In this document: positions 28,599-39,412 of the stretch, one piece after another
Numbering within the stretch: the stretch's first letter is position 1
Layout: every line of letters starts with the position of its first letter
Assembly (NCBI GenBank): GCA_038207085.1
Contig: JBBRAE010000003.1
Coordinates: 32,001 to 96,000 of the forward strand
From: Armatimonadota bacterium
GTDB taxonomy: Bacteria > Armatimonadota > UBA5829 > DTLH01
Length of the DNA stretch: 64,000 nt
Reading direction: 5' to 3'
The notes under the pieces: generated by a model
Database searches by the model: none
What the model saw: only the letters and a program-made list of their open reading frames with translations
What the model was told of the DNA's origin: nothing
Program-made: the position numbers and the translations under genes

Positions 28599-29661
28599 CT
28601 ATCAGCTCCTTACTTGAACGGGTCAGGACCTCGCAGCCCCCCTCCGTCACGACCACGTCGTCTTCGATGCGCACGCCGCCCCAGCCTTCTATGTAAATCC
28701 CAGGCTCGATCGTCCCGACCATCCCCGGCACCAGCACAAACTCGCTTCTCTTGGTAAAAAGCGGACCGTCGTGAACGTCGATGCCGATGCTGTGGCCGAG
28801 TCCGTGGCCGAAATTGTCCCCGTAACCGGCCTCGGTTATATAGTCGCGGGCGACCGCGTCGATATCTTTGCCTTTCAAACCGGGACGGACTGCCTCGACC
28901 GCCGCGACTTGGGCCGCAAGAACGATTCCGTAGACCTCACGCTGCTTCTGATCAGGCTCGCCGAGAAAGATCGTGCGGGTGATGTCGGAGTTGTAGCCAT
29001 CGAGCAGCGCACCATAGTCGAGCTTGAGCATCTGCCCTCGCTTGACCACCGCACTGGTCGGCTTGTGATGAGGAAACGCCGCGTGCGCTCCGGCGGCGGC
29101 GATGGTATCAAACCCCTGCTTCTCAGCGCCATTCTTCCGCAAGAAAACGTCGATCTCAAGGGCGACCTCGCGCTCGGTCATCCCGACGCGCACAAAGTCG
29201 AGCATGTGGCTAAAACAGTCATCAACAAGCTTCACCGCCCGGCGTATCTTCTCGATCTCACCCGAATCTTTCACCATGCGCAGTTTCTCGACAAGCTGCT
29301 TCACGCCGACCAGCCGAACTTCCCTACCCATCAGCCTGCGAAGCCTGCTGTGGGTCGAAAACGAAACGTGTTCGGACTCAAAACCCAGGCGCACGAGTCC
29401 CATAGCATTGACGATATCAGCGGCGGCCGCGAGCACATCACCCGAGGAAAACTCAATCACCTCGTAGCCCGGACACTCCTCGCCTGCCTGAAGCACGTAG
29501 CGGAAGTCGACGAGTATAATCGAGCGCTCGCGGGTGAGCAGAACCGTCGCCGCGCTCCCTGTAAAGCCGCTCGCATAGCGAATATTCATAAGATCGGTCA
29601 GGAGCATCGCATCAAGCTTTGCTCCGATCATCGCCTCACGCGCTTTCTCGGTCCGGTTCAT
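28591..29661 (-). CDS. Xaa-Pro aminopeptidase/dipeptidase (M24B)
   Basis: YASGFTGS, DFRY, DYGALLDGYNSDITRT, FGHGLGHSIG, TIEPGIY, GVRIEDD. Confidence 0.93.
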   Translation of the reverse strand: MNRTEKAREAMIGAKLDAMLLTDLMNIRYASGFTGSAATVLLTRERSIILVDFRYVLQAGEECPGYEVIEFSSGDVLAAAADIVNAMGLVRLGFESEHVSFSTHSRLRRLMGREVRLVGVKQLVEKLRMVKDSGEIEKIRRAVKLVDDCFSHMLDFVRVGMTEREVALEIDVFLRKNGAEKQGFDTIAAAGAHAAFPHHKPTSAVVKRGQMLKLDYGALLDGYNSDITRTIFLGEPDQKQREVYGIVLAAQVAAVEAVRPGLKGKDIDAVARDYITEAGYGDNFGHGLGHSIGIDVHDGPLFTKRSEFVLVPGMVGTIEPGIYIEGWGGVRIEDDVVVTEGGCEVLTRSSKELIVV

Positions 29662-29662
29662 A

Positions 29663-30103
29663 TCACTTCCCCTTCTGAAGCATCGCACGCACGGCGTGCA
29701 GCCCCAGAATATAGCTCTCAGGACCAAACCCCGAAATCTGACCCGCACACACCGGAGCCGTCACAGAGGTCTTCCTGAACTCTTCCCGAGCATGGATATT
29801 TGAGAGGTGGACCTCAACACAGGGCAGGCCGACCGCGGCTATCGCGTCGCGCAGCGCCACACTGTAGTGGGTGAAAGCGCCGGGATTGATGACGATCGCA
29901 TCGACGCGTACCATCGCCTGCTGGATACAGTCGACAATCGCCCCTTCGTGGTTCGACTGAAAAAATTCGACCTCCATGCCCATCTCACCCGCCTCGCGTG
30001 AAACCTTCTCATTGATCTCATCGAGCGTCTTGTGGCCGTAAACCCCCGGCTCGCGCTTGCCGAGCATATTGAGGTTCGGCCCGTTTATCACCAGTGCCTT
30101 CAC
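29663..30103 (-). CDS. aroQ: Type II 3-dehydroquinate dehydratase
   Basis: [44 protein letters not shown]. Confidence 0.97.
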   Translation of the reverse strand: MKALVINGPNLNMLGKREPGVYGHKTLDEINEKVSREAGEMGMEVEFFQSNHEGAIVDCIQQAMVRVDAIVINPGAFTHYSVALRDAIAAVGLPCVEVHLSNIHAREEFRKTSVTAPVCAGQISGFGPESYILGLHAVRAMLQKGK

Positions 30104-30129
30104 TTGTGTTTTCCTCCGTATTCGGTTAT

Positions 30130-30861
30130 CTATTCACAAACCGCCGCGCAGTAGCTGTCCACCACTTCAAGCGTCGGGCCATCCGCCCGCACCGTGCCAG
30201 AGTCGATCCACACAGTCCGAGACGCCACCCGACGCACGACATCGAGATCATGCGAGACGAACAGAATGGTCTTTCCCTGTCTCTGGAACGCTTCAATCTT
30301 CTTGTAGCACTTGTCCTGAAACGCCTCATCCCCTACAGCCAAAACCTCGTCGACCAGAAGAATATCCGGGTCCACCTGAGTCGCAATCGCAAACCCGAGC
30401 CGCATCACCATCCCCTTGGAGTAGGTCTTTATCGGCGCGTCGATGAACTTCTCAAGCTCGGCGAACTCGATGATCCGCTCGACGTTCTGTTTCATGTCTT
30501 TTCGGGGGATGCCGAGGATCGCGCCGTTCAGGAAGATATTTTCCGTGCCCGTAAGCTCGGGATGAAACCCCGCGCCGAGCTCAAGGAGCGCCGACACGCG
30601 ACCATTCACGGCAATCGTCCCTGCGGTTGCGCGGTAGATGTTGCCGATCAGCCCGAAAAGCGTGCTCTTGCCCGACCCGTTCTTGCCAATGACGGCGATA
30701 GTCTCCCCGCGTGCGATATCTAGGTCTATCCCCTTAAGCGCCCAGTGTTCTTCCACCTTCGGACGCCGAAACGACAGCACGAGCGACTTCAAGCTGTTAG
30801 CCCCGCCGTGGGTCAAACGAAAAGCTTTTTTCACGCCGCGAAGCTCGATTGAGTTTTCCAT
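30130..30861 (-). CDS. Wzt/TagH-type polysaccharide ABC exporter ATPase (no C-terminal carbohydrate-binding domain)
   Basis: [43 protein letters not shown]. Confidence 0.92.
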   Translation of the reverse strand: MENSIELRGVKKAFRLTHGGANSLKSLVLSFRRPKVEEHWALKGIDLDIARGETIAVIGKNGSGKSTLFGLIGNIYRATAGTIAVNGRVSALLELGAGFHPELTGTENIFLNGAILGIPRKDMKQNVERIIEFAELEKFIDAPIKTYSKGMVMRLGFAIATQVDPDILLVDEVLAVGDEAFQDKCYKKIEAFQRQGKTILFVSHDLDVVRRVASRTVWIDSGTVRADGPTLEVVDSYCAAVCE

Positions 30862-31712
30862 TAAATCCTCTCCGCAAAACACCACTTACGGGCGTTGAAG
30901 TAGGCGTAACCGGAGACCAGCACCACAAACGACACCAGACCGGCGATCATAACAATATGCCAGTCAAGCGGGATATCGGCCTGTCGGATGATCGAGTCCT
31001 TCCCCGGCGGAACGCTGTACGGCACGAGAAGCAGCTTCCTAAACGCGATCACAAGCGCGTTCAGCGGGTTAAGCTGATAAACCGTATAGAGCGCGCCAAG
31101 CCCTCTGGATTGAAGCGACGTGTAGACCATCTCCGACATGTAAATAACAGGCGTCAGGTAGAAAAACACGTTCAACACGACTGAAACGATGTACTTCACA
31201 TCCTGATAGAACACATTCAGCGCCGATATAAAAAGCGACATTCCAAGCACAAGCATAAACTCGAAGATAACGAGCAGCGGCATCAACAGCCATCCCCAAA
31301 CGATCGGCGTCCCAAGCACAATCAAATATATAAAGAACACCCCAAGCGCGAGCGAGAAGTGGATCAGGTTCGAGATCACCATCGAGACCGGCAGCACCTC
31401 GCGGGGAAAATAGACCTTTTTCAGCAGATCGTGATGCCCAATCACCGACTGACTCGCATCCATTAGCGACATCTGGAAAAACGTCCACGGCAGAAACGCC
31501 ACAAGCAGATAAGCAGAGTAATTCGGGATGTTGTTCGGCATCACGTACTTGAAGATGACAGTCATAGTCGCCACCTGCACGAGCGGGTTCAGAAGCGACC
31601 AAAAGAACCCAAGCACTGAGTTCTTATATCGCACCTTGAGGTCCCGCAAAATGAGTTGCGCAAGCAAATCCCGGTATCTGTATAGTTCACCAAGTTCTCT
31701 TATCATAGGCAC
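30861..31712 (-). CDS. Wzm/TagG-type polysaccharide ABC exporter permease
   Basis: RDLKVRYKNSVLGFFWSLLNP, KKVYFPRE, FYLTPVIY, LNP. Confidence 0.92.
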   Translation of the reverse strand: MPMIRELGELYRYRDLLAQLILRDLKVRYKNSVLGFFWSLLNPLVQVATMTVIFKYVMPNNIPNYSAYLLVAFLPWTFFQMSLMDASQSVIGHHDLLKKVYFPREVLPVSMVISNLIHFSLALGVFFIYLIVLGTPIVWGWLLMPLLVIFEFMLVLGMSLFISALNVFYQDVKYIVSVVLNVFFYLTPVIYMSEMVYTSLQSRGLGALYTVYQLNPLNALVIAFRKLLLVPYSVPPGKDSIIRQADIPLDWHIVMIAGLVSFVVLVSGYAYFNARKWCFAERI

Positions 31713-31784
31713 AACTCAAGTATAAATGAACACGGGGAGAAAAGCAATTTGTTGGGGAGAGAGTGGCTAGTGACTAGTGGCCCA

Positions 31785-31922
31785 TTGTTCGTCCGGATAT
31801 GTTATCCGGGACGTCTGGGCCGGACAGGCATCTGTGATGCCGGTAGATTGGGCACAGTCGAAATACCGGGATCACAGATCCCTTGACTGCCACTGGGCCC
31901 CGGATTGCAAATCCGGGCCAAC
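31785..31922. mobile_element. ~138-bp MITE/REPIN-like non-coding element (family B), copy 1
   Basis: Near-identical in reverse complement to 52276-52411; CCGGATnnnnATCCGG-type hairpins at both ends. Confidence 0.75.
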
Positions 31923-32097
31923 ATCGGGTCTCTCATACATCCACCCATACCAAATCATATCACCCTGAGGCTCTCGAAGGGTGCGATAGACAAATCAAAG
32001 GGCGTGTTACATACTCTGGAAGCTAACAGAATGTTCCAACCCTCGCCATTCCCAGCTAGCGACTAGCAACTGACAACTGGCGACTACCCCCTATCCC

Positions 32098-34731
32098 CTA
32101 CTCCACCTTGCTCCAAAGATCCGGCACGGAATCGAGGCTTATCACATTCTGCTCTTTGCGAGAGCAGAGCATCACTACGACGGTGCCCTGAGGCCCGGTA
32201 GATAGCAGCACCCGGTCGGCGGAGTCGAGGATCACCGAATAACCCAGACCGAGTGACGGTCTAGTGGAAAACCCTCTCATCAAGGTGGCTTTGGAAAGAA
32301 TCAGGGAGTCGATTCCAGGCCCGTGGTCTCTCACAGCAACCCAAAACCCGTCTTCATACGTCCCGCAGAAGAGTTCGCCGCCGTCCGCGTGCCTCAGAGC
32401 GTTTGTGATCGCTTCACCGACACCGAGCATGAACGTGTCGAACCTGTCGAGGTGCCCGCCCTTGTCTATCAGATAAGCCTTAGCCGCCGCCCTACTTATC
32501 GACACGTCCTGCGGGACCGAAATCTGCCGCGTCATATCCGCCGAGTTCAAATACGGCTCCACCTCGAACGGGTCACATACCTCAAGCTTGCCATCGGTGA
32601 CGCTTTTGATCGTCTCGCGGTAGAACAGCTTCTTGGTCTCCTCGGCGTGACGAAGCGCATCCTCACTTCGTCGATGATCGATGATCCGCCACATCCCACT
32701 CATTAGAAGCGATAGTTGCCGCACGTCGGAGTCGTCGTAGGGTGTTTCTTTGTTTGCGACCCCTGCAACCGCGACGATCTTGTCGCCATCCATAATTGGA
32801 ACGCCCATATGCCTGCGAATCGGCAGGTGTCCCTCCGGCAGACCGCGTTTTCCAGGCACCGGGCCGGAGTATTCGTTCGTGACGACTGGTTGACGCTGCC
32901 TGACGGTATCTCCCCAGAGTCCGGTTTCTTCCACTTTGTATACCGTAGGTTTGTCCGCAACGTTGCAGTTCTGACTTGCTGCCATTGACCAGGCGTACAT
33001 CGTCAGAACGGTCTCATCGTCGTTTAGCATAGCCCAATAGCCGTACTCGCTGTGGGTCAGTTTGACCCCTTCTTCAAGGGCGAAATCGGCAAGCTGCTGT
33101 ATGGGAGCCTCGGTCATTCGGTTCAGGCGCACAAGAGCATGGAGCCGGGCTTCATTTAGTTTGATCACGTCCTCAGCACGCTTGAGCTTTGTCACATCGT
33201 TGATGATGGTAAGCAGGTGACACCTGCCATCGATATCAATAAACTCGATTGACATTAGCACATCGATGAGCTCGCTGAGCTTGGTGCGTAACTTCCCTTC
33301 CACGTTATGCACCACTCGTCCGTCGTGTAACTGGCCCAAAACAGCTTCGCGGACTGCGTGATCGGCGCAGAACTCCAGATCCCCGATCGTTTGCCCAATT
33401 AGCTCATCCCTGCTGTACCCCATCGTGTTGACAAACGCATCGTTGATGTCGACGTAGTGTAAGTCCTCGAATGTCTGGATAGACATCATCGCTGGGTTGG
33501 AGCGAAATACCTTCGAGAACAACTCCTCGGAGGCCTGCAGAGCCATTACCGCGCGTTTCTGCTCGGTGATATCCTCATAGGTTCCCAACAAACCCACAAC
33601 TCGACCATCGACGTCCGTAAGAGGCAGCTTGCTGGTGTGAAGCCAGATAGTCCCGCCGTCAGGTGAAGTCTGAGGCTCTTCATAGTTAAGCTTGGGAACG
33701 CCGGTGGACATAACCTGCTTGTCATCTGCCCTGTAGAGCTCGGCTTGGTCTACCCAGGCATAATCGAAGTCCGTGGCGCCGACCATTTCATCAGGAGATG
33801 ATACCCCGGCATCTTCGGCAAACAGGCGATTGCAGCCGAGGTAAACGGAGTTCGTGTCTTTCCAGAATACTCGATCAGGGATCGTGTCGAGAACGAGCTG
33901 GAGCATCCGGCGGGACTCGTCGAGCTCCCTATCCATAGCCTTGCGCTCCGTCACGTCCCGACAGACGGCAAAGATCAACCCTTTGCTTGGAAGAGGTCTT
34001 GAGTTCCATGATATCCACCGATATGAGCCGTCTTTGCAAAGATACCTGTTCTCGAAGTTCACGACGGGTTCGCCGACGAGGAGCTTCTCACCGGCCTCAA
34101 CAGACGCATTCATGTCTTCGGGATGAATAAACTCTGTCCAAGGTTTGGATATCAGCTCTTCTTCCGACCAGCCGAGTGTCCTCGTCCACGCCGGATTGAT
34201 CTGTTTGAAGTAACCATCAAAGCTTGCAACGCAGAGCATATCGAGCGACAGATCAAATAGCCGGTCACGGTCGGCTTCAGCATGTGCAAGCGCGGTCTCG
34301 ACGCGTTTTCGCTCGGAGATATCACGAAATATCCCCTGAAGCACCGTCTTGCCCCCTGGCAGGTTGACGACGCCGGAACTGATCTCAACCGGAATGTCCT
34401 GCCCGTCCGACGCCCTCACCACGGCCTCGGTTACTGCAGACCCGTCGGAGACCACGCTCGACCTGAAAAACTCGCGATAATAGTCTGCGTCTTCAGGGGG
34501 GTGCAGCTCGGACTGGTGCATACCGACGATCTGGTTTTTGGAACGTTTCAGAAGCACCTCTGCCTGCCGATTTGCGTCAACAATCACCCCGGTTCCGGCG
34601 TCAGCTACGATGATCGCATCACGGGCGCCGTCAATGAGCGCTGTGAGGCTGTCAGCATAGACCTTGGCCTCGTGGCATTTGGCCGGGTGCGTCATCCTGT
34701 AAGACAGATTGCTCTTCGTGAGCCGCAGCAT
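32098..34731 (-). CDS. Cytoplasmic sensor: four PAS domains, GAF, and an RsbT/RsbW-like HATPase (anti-sigma-type kinase)
   Basis: PAS signatures (DANRQAE, INPAW...[23 protein letters not shown]); GAF (MGVPI...VAGVANK); [26 protein letters not shown]. Confidence 0.8.
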   Translation of the reverse strand: MLRLTKSNLSYRMTHPAKCHEAKVYADSLTALIDGARDAIIVADAGTGVIVDANRQAEVLLKRSKNQIVGMHQSELHPPEDADYYREFFRSSVVSDGSAVTEAVVRASDGQDIPVEISSGVVNLPGGKTVLQGIFRDISERKRVETALAHAEADRDRLFDLSLDMLCVASFDGYFKQINPAWTRTLGWSEEELISKPWTEFIHPEDMNASVEAGEKLLVGEPVVNFENRYLCKDGSYRWISWNSRPLPSKGLIFAVCRDVTERKAMDRELDESRRMLQLVLDTIPDRVFWKDTNSVYLGCNRLFAEDAGVSSPDEMVGATDFDYAWVDQAELYRADDKQVMSTGVPKLNYEEPQTSPDGGTIWLHTSKLPLTDVDGRVVGLLGTYEDITEQKRAVMALQASEELFSKVFRSNPAMMSIQTFEDLHYVDINDAFVNTMGYSRDELIGQTIGDLEFCADHAVREAVLGQLHDGRVVHNVEGKLRTKLSELIDVLMSIEFIDIDGRCHLLTIINDVTKLKRAEDVIKLNEARLHALVRLNRMTEAPIQQLADFALEEGVKLTHSEYGYWAMLNDDETVLTMYAWSMAASQNCNVADKPTVYKVEETGLWGDTVRQRQPVVTNEYSGPVPGKRGLPEGHLPIRRHMGVPIMDGDKIVAVAGVANKETPYDDSDVRQLSLLMSGMWRIIDHRRSEDALRHAEETKKLFYRETIKSVTDGKLEVCDPFEVEPYLNSADMTRQISVPQDVSISRAAAKAYLIDKGGHLDRFDTFMLGVGEAITNALRHADGGELFCGTYEDGFWVAVRDHGPGIDSLILSKATLMRGFSTRPSLGLGYSVILDSADRVLLSTGPQGTVVVMLCSRKEQNVISLDSVPDLWSKVE

Positions 34732-34908
34732 AATCTACACCTCTCAATGGTGTATACCCCCTACCAAGGCACTATAAATCAGCCTGTCTCAGCCACATAA
34801 CTCGATGCCGTTTCGCAAGCGATGTCCGCTGGGTAAATCTTAATAGCTTTACTCAAGCAGGCTGACTCAGGGGCAAACTCGCTCACACCAGCCTGCCGGA
34901 GGCGATTT

Positions 34909-35514
34909 ATGGCCGACGAAAGAAAACTATCACAGGAAGAACAGAAGCGTTTGGACGAAGAGGCGCAAGTGGCCTCCGAGGAAAGAGACTTGGCAATGGA
35001 TGCCGCCGCAGAGTCGGCAGCAAGAGAGGCAATAGCCACCGAGATCGCCCGAACACGGACTGAACAGGCATTACGGGCGCAGACGCAAGCGAACCAAATG
35101 AACACTATGCGCCAGGCGGCGCAGTCTCGTGCAGATCACGCGGAAACCGAGGCGGAGTCAAACAGGTTCGGGTTCTATATGCTGCTTGGGATCATCATTG
35201 CGGTGATCGTCGTGACCAGCATGTGGCTTCTTACCAGGACCCCGCAAACCGAGGCTGCAAACCCGACTATGCCCGTGGAGACCCAGCCAGCACAGCCTCT
35301 GGTTCCACAATCACAGCCGAGTCAGCCGACGACGGTAGTGGTACCGGTCCCCTCCCCGCCTGTAATCGTAGAACGGGAGAGGCCTGCACCTGAAAAACCG
35401 TCCACCGTGATCGTAAACCCGCCGGCAAGGCAGGAAAACGATCAGCCGAGGCAACAGAACACCCAGCCTCAGGCACCATCAGACTCCGGAACTACTTCAC
35501 CAAGCGGGCAGTGA
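34909..35514 (+). CDS. Hypothetical single-pass membrane protein (coiled-coil N-terminus, Pro/Gln-rich C-terminus)
   Basis: GGAGG RBS; one TM helix FYMLLGIIIAVIVVTSMWLL. Confidence 0.75.
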   Translation: MADERKLSQEEQKRLDEEAQVASEERDLAMDAAAESAAREAIATEIARTRTEQALRAQTQANQMNTMRQAAQSRADHAETEAESNRFGFYMLLGIIIAVIVVTSMWLLTRTPQTEAANPTMPVETQPAQPLVPQSQPSQPTTVVVPVPSPPVIVERERPAPEKPSTVIVNPPARQENDQPRQQNTQPQAPSDSGTTSPSGQ

Positions 35515-35525
35515 CAACAGTATCA

Positions 35526-35555
35526 GGGATGGCGGGCCGCTCGACCCGTCATCCC
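35526..35555. terminator. Hairpin between convergent genes (possible terminator)
   Basis: GGGATGGCGGG-8 nt-CCCGTCATCCC. Confidence 0.5.
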
Positions 35556-35563
35556 AACAAATA

Positions 35564-35842
35564 CTACGCATTGTCCTCAGGAAACTGCTTGCCCTTTTCG
35601 ATGGCTTCGGCGATCAGCCTCTGTGCGGCCTCCAGGCGGGACTCCGGCACGTAAAGCGTCTCCTCGGCAAGCGGGCCGATGCTGAACGGGAACGCGTCTT
35701 CCGCGGAGTCGCCCCGCTCGACGACGGGAATCCCGCCCTCGGTCAAAATCCCTTTGACTATCTCAGCTTCGATGTCGTCCTCGGCAAAGAACACCGGAAC
35801 GAACGATTGATTCTCATACTCGCTCATATCGTGGTCAGTCAC
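35564..35842 (-). CDS. DUF2007-like (PII-like putative signal-transducing) small protein
   Basis: EAEIVKGILTEGGIP...LYVPESRLEAAQRLI; GAGGAGG RBS. Confidence 0.7.
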   Translation of the reverse strand: MTDHDMSEYENQSFVPVFFAEDDIEAEIVKGILTEGGIPVVERGDSAEDAFPFSIGPLAEETLYVPESRLEAAQRLIAEAIEKGKQFPEDNA

Positions 35843-35868
35843 GTTGATATCGTCCTCCTCAGGAATAT

Positions 35869-35927
35869 ACCGGTGGCGCTCACGCGCCAGCCTTTAAGAG
35901 ACGGCGCAGATAGCGCCGTTGATCCGG
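35869..35927. repeat. Two-hairpin element, copy 2
   Basis: ACCGG-TGGCGC(tcac)GCGCCA-GCCTTTAAGAG-ACGGCGC(agata)GCGCCGT-TGATCCGG. Confidence 0.8.
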
Positions 35928-36100
35928 CAGGTTTCGCCAAAACAGAGTTTCATCTCAGCCACCTCCTCTTGCACAAATTGTTTATTCCCCAACTCTGCCA
36001 TATATCAAGCAACGGATTCCACACATTCGCAGGCAAGGAGCATGCGGGCTCTGCGTCTAAGTAGTAATAGCAGTAAGTTTGTTGTGAAAGGGATTGTTAG

Positions 36101-37189
36101 ATGAAATACCGTCCGCTAGGAAAAACTGGACTCCAAGTGTCTGCGCTTGCTATGGGATGCATGCGTCTGCCGGAGAACGACCCGGAACTCTCCGCACAGG
36201 TCGTCGACGCCGCAATCGCCGCTGGAGTAAACTATTTTGAGACCACCCGCTGGTATATCGACGGCAAGTGCCAGCACCTGACCGCCCCGGGACTGAAGGG
36301 CCGCAGCCGCGGGCTGATCGTCTCGGGCAAAGCCGGAGTAAGCGAAGAGACGACCGCTGACGAATATCGCAAAGAGATCGACCTTCAGATGGAGATCCTC
36401 GGGGTCGATTACCTCGAGTTCTGGCAGGTCGGCTGGTTCAGCTTGAAGGCGCTGCCGTGGCTTATGAAGAAGGGCGGCGCTCTTGATGCGCTCAACAAGG
36501 CCCGAAGCGAGGGGATCATCGGCCACATCGGCTTCACGGGTCATGACACCCCCGAGAACTTCACCAAACTGATCGAGACCGGCCTGTTCGACAGCCTGAC
36601 TCTCCCCTACAGCCTGATCCACCGCGATTACTCGCCGACGATCAAGCGCGCGGGTGAGTTGGGCGTCGGTGTGATCGCAATGTGCCCTGTCTCCGGCGGT
36701 CTTCTCTCAAGCCCATCGGCCCAGATCCAGGACCTGATCCCCGGCGGCGCGAAGACGACCACCGAAGCCGCCTTCAAGTTCGTGCTGGCCAACCCCGACG
36801 TCTCCTGCGCCTGTTCGGGTATGAACACGCTTGCGATGATCGAAGAAAACGCAGCAACAATCGACTCATTCACGGGAATGTCCGACTCCGATACGCTGCG
36901 AATGAACGAGATATTGGATGAGTTCGCAAGTCTGGGCAAAAAGTTCTGCACTACCTGCGGCTACTGCAAAGACTGCCCCCAGGGCGTAGACATCCCCGGC
37001 AATTTGAGAATGTACAACCTTGCGACAATCTACGGCCTGATGGGCTGGGCCCGCGAGGAATACGGCAAAATGGACCCCGCCAAGCGCGCCGACGCCTGCA
37101 TAGAGTGCGGCGAGTGCGAGCCCAAGTGCCCAAACGAGCTCTCAATCATCGAAAACCTGGCCAAGGTCCACGGAGAACTCACAAGATAG
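36101..37189 (+). CDS. Aldo/keto reductase with a C-terminal 4Fe-4S dicluster domain
   Basis: YRPLGKTGLQVSALAMGCMRLP, HIGFTGH, CTTCGYCKDCP, CIECGECEPKCP. Confidence 0.9.
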   Translation: MKYRPLGKTGLQVSALAMGCMRLPENDPELSAQVVDAAIAAGVNYFETTRWYIDGKCQHLTAPGLKGRSRGLIVSGKAGVSEETTADEYRKEIDLQMEILGVDYLEFWQVGWFSLKALPWLMKKGGALDALNKARSEGIIGHIGFTGHDTPENFTKLIETGLFDSLTLPYSLIHRDYSPTIKRAGELGVGVIAMCPVSGGLLSSPSAQIQDLIPGGAKTTTEAAFKFVLANPDVSCACSGMNTLAMIEENAATIDSFTGMSDSDTLRMNEILDEFASLGKKFCTTCGYCKDCPQGVDIPGNLRMYNLATIYGLMGWAREEYGKMDPAKRADACIECGECEPKCPNELSIIENLAKVHGELTR

Positions 37190-37449
37190 TCTGTACAAGA
37201 TCACACGATACGATCACGATCGCCGGGGAGATCCCTCCCCGGCGCAAGTCCCAGGGACATTCGTCCCCAACAACTGATCGATTGCGATGTTGTATGCTTG
37301 GGGAGAAAAGGTGACAGACACCTTTTTGCTATACTTCGACGCCACCATCACAGTGCAAATCCACCGCCTGCCTATAGAAACGTCTAAAACGAACTCAGCC
37401 GCCAGACCGAAGTCCGGCGGCTGATACCTGATAGCTGAAAGCTAAGAGC

Positions 37450-39387
37450 TTACTTGTCCAAGAACCCTTCGGGCCTGGCGATCTGCTGGCCGTTCACGAA
37501 AAGCTCCAGCTTGTTCATGTCGACGGTAACGACGGTGCCATCGGCGAAGCGGCTCTCGCGCACACCGTCGGCGATCTCTTTGTGATCCATCAGCTCGACG
37601 GTCTGCAGGTAGCCGTACTGCTTCAGGGTGAGGTCGTACATCGCCTTGTGGGCGCGGGCGCGAGTCTCGTTGAACTCAGGCATCACAAACGGGCGGGTCG
37701 ACCACTCGTCTCTCGGGTGATCGCCCCACAGGACGGTTTCGATCGCCGACTTCCATGTAGGCCCCGAGGCGTTTTCGTTGATGATCAACCCATGCAGCGC
37801 GAGTTCGTAGATCGGGACGACCTCGTCGATCAGCGAGAAAATAGGCCAGGAGGTCTCGCAATGGTCGAGATGATAGGCCTTGGGGCGCGCCGCGACGATA
37901 TCGGCGTCGATTGCGCAGTACAAGAACCCGCTCTCGCACGCCGCAGAGCCGAAAACCTTCTGCGCGGTCTTGAGAACGTTGTTCTGCCCGCGCATAAACT
38001 CACCGCGCGAGCCCTTGTGCTTGGGATGATAGTTCACCTCAAGCGGCTGGCCCATATAGTCCATATAGTAGCTGCCGATGATGCCAAGACCTTTCATCTT
38101 GAGCATGTGACCCTCAAGTCGCTCGTATGGAAGCGCCGAAGGCCAGTGGGAGCACTCGATCCCGCCTGCCCACCAGCCGTGGATAAGCGGCTCGCCGTAG
38201 AAATCATGCACGAGGAGGTCGGTGTCGATATCGGGAGCATCAAGGCAGCCCATCATGAAGTTATCATGGACGTTCATGTTGAACCCGAGCGAGTTCCCAA
38301 GCGCAATAAGCTCGCGGAACCCCTCCTCGCCGCCCAAGCGCTCTTCGACTGGGAAGCGGGTCGGGTAAGCCCCGTCGTGGCCGCGCATATTCCAGCCGAC
38401 GGCCTGGGTCAGGACCTTCTCGACTCCGACGGAATGGAGCATCTGAAGGTGCTCCCCAGCCTCGGCAAAGGTCATGCAGTTGACGAACGAAACAGGGTTG
38501 GTCTTGTCTGCGCCCACCATCACATAGCCAGCATTTTCGATCCCGTGGAACATCTTCATGATGTAAGCTTCAAGCGCATAGGCGACTTCAGGAGACTCAT
38601 TCGCGCGCTCCGCAAGCGACTTCTTGCCGAGGTCGTCCATCACGTGCCGCCTGAGCCTTTTCGCGATAAAGACGACGGGGTCGGCGTCGGCGGGGATCGG
38701 CGCAAACCGAAACTCGCGGCGCTCCGTGTCTACGGGGTCCGGCCAGAACTGGCGAAGCGAGAAGGCAAAGCTGACAGATCCGTTACCCTGTCCGTCGGTT
38801 TCGACGCGGCAGTTGGCGTCGTATGCTCCCTGGGTCGCGACGGCCATCATACCACCGTCGGCTTCGAACGCGCCGCAGACCGGCACCGATGGCATAAGCT
38901 CCCAGCGGTCCTGCTCGCCGTAGACGAGGACCCTATCGCAGAGCTTAGCCTTGTTCGCGGGGTCGAACGCAACACCGGTGTTGATCGGCAGGACAATCTT
39001 GCCGCCCGCCGATGCGCTCATCATACCGGGGAGGATTTCGACCTCAAAAAGCCTGTGCAGCGCCAATTCGCGCTCGTAGACCTCACCGGGAGAGAGCGTG
39101 ACAGAGAGCTCACCGTCGAGTATGCGAAGCCACAGACCAACATCGCACTTCATTGTGTTGTCGCCGATCACGACATGCAGCGCGCCTCGCACTTCTTCAA
39201 CGAGGTCGATGCGGTATTTCCTGATCGGGGACGTCCTGCGAAGGGGCTTTTCGTGCGCATAAAGCGTGACAAGCGGGGTCTTGGGCCACGATTTCCCGCC
39301 CGCGAGGTCACGCACTTCAAGCCAGAGCGCATCCTCTTCCTGGGTAAGCGTCACAGCCAACCGGTTGTCTTTCAGTTGCCAACTCAT
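37450..39387 (-). CDS. DUF5696/GH101-GH129-like glycoside hydrolase (no signal peptide)
   Basis: TFAEAGE, VGWNMRGHDGAYP..FP...LGGEEGF, VHDNF, IPIYELALHG-like motif, FADGTVVTVD. Confidence 0.65.
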   Translation of the reverse strand: MSWQLKDNRLAVTLTQEEDALWLEVRDLAGGKSWPKTPLVTLYAHEKPLRRTSPIRKYRIDLVEEVRGALHVVIGDNTMKCDVGLWLRILDGELSVTLSPGEVYERELALHRLFEVEILPGMMSASAGGKIVLPINTGVAFDPANKAKLCDRVLVYGEQDRWELMPSVPVCGAFEADGGMMAVATQGAYDANCRVETDGQGNGSVSFAFSLRQFWPDPVDTERREFRFAPIPADADPVVFIAKRLRRHVMDDLGKKSLAERANESPEVAYALEAYIMKMFHGIENAGYVMVGADKTNPVSFVNCMTFAEAGEHLQMLHSVGVEKVLTQAVGWNMRGHDGAYPTRFPVEERLGGEEGFRELIALGNSLGFNMNVHDNFMMGCLDAPDIDTDLLVHDFYGEPLIHGWWAGGIECSHWPSALPYERLEGHMLKMKGLGIIGSYYMDYMGQPLEVNYHPKHKGSRGEFMRGQNNVLKTAQKVFGSAACESGFLYCAIDADIVAARPKAYHLDHCETSWPIFSLIDEVVPIYELALHGLIINENASGPTWKSAIETVLWGDHPRDEWSTRPFVMPEFNETRARAHKAMYDLTLKQYGYLQTVELMDHKEIADGVRESRFADGTVVTVDMNKLELFVNGQQIARPEGFLDK

Positions 39388-39412
39388 AATAATCTTTCAC
39401 CTTTTCTGAGCT

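Noticed and set aside
31762..32087. Possible CRISPR array or tRNA among the intergenic repeats
   Set aside because: No regularly spaced direct repeats with unique spacers, no cas genes, and no cloverleaf or T-loop motif
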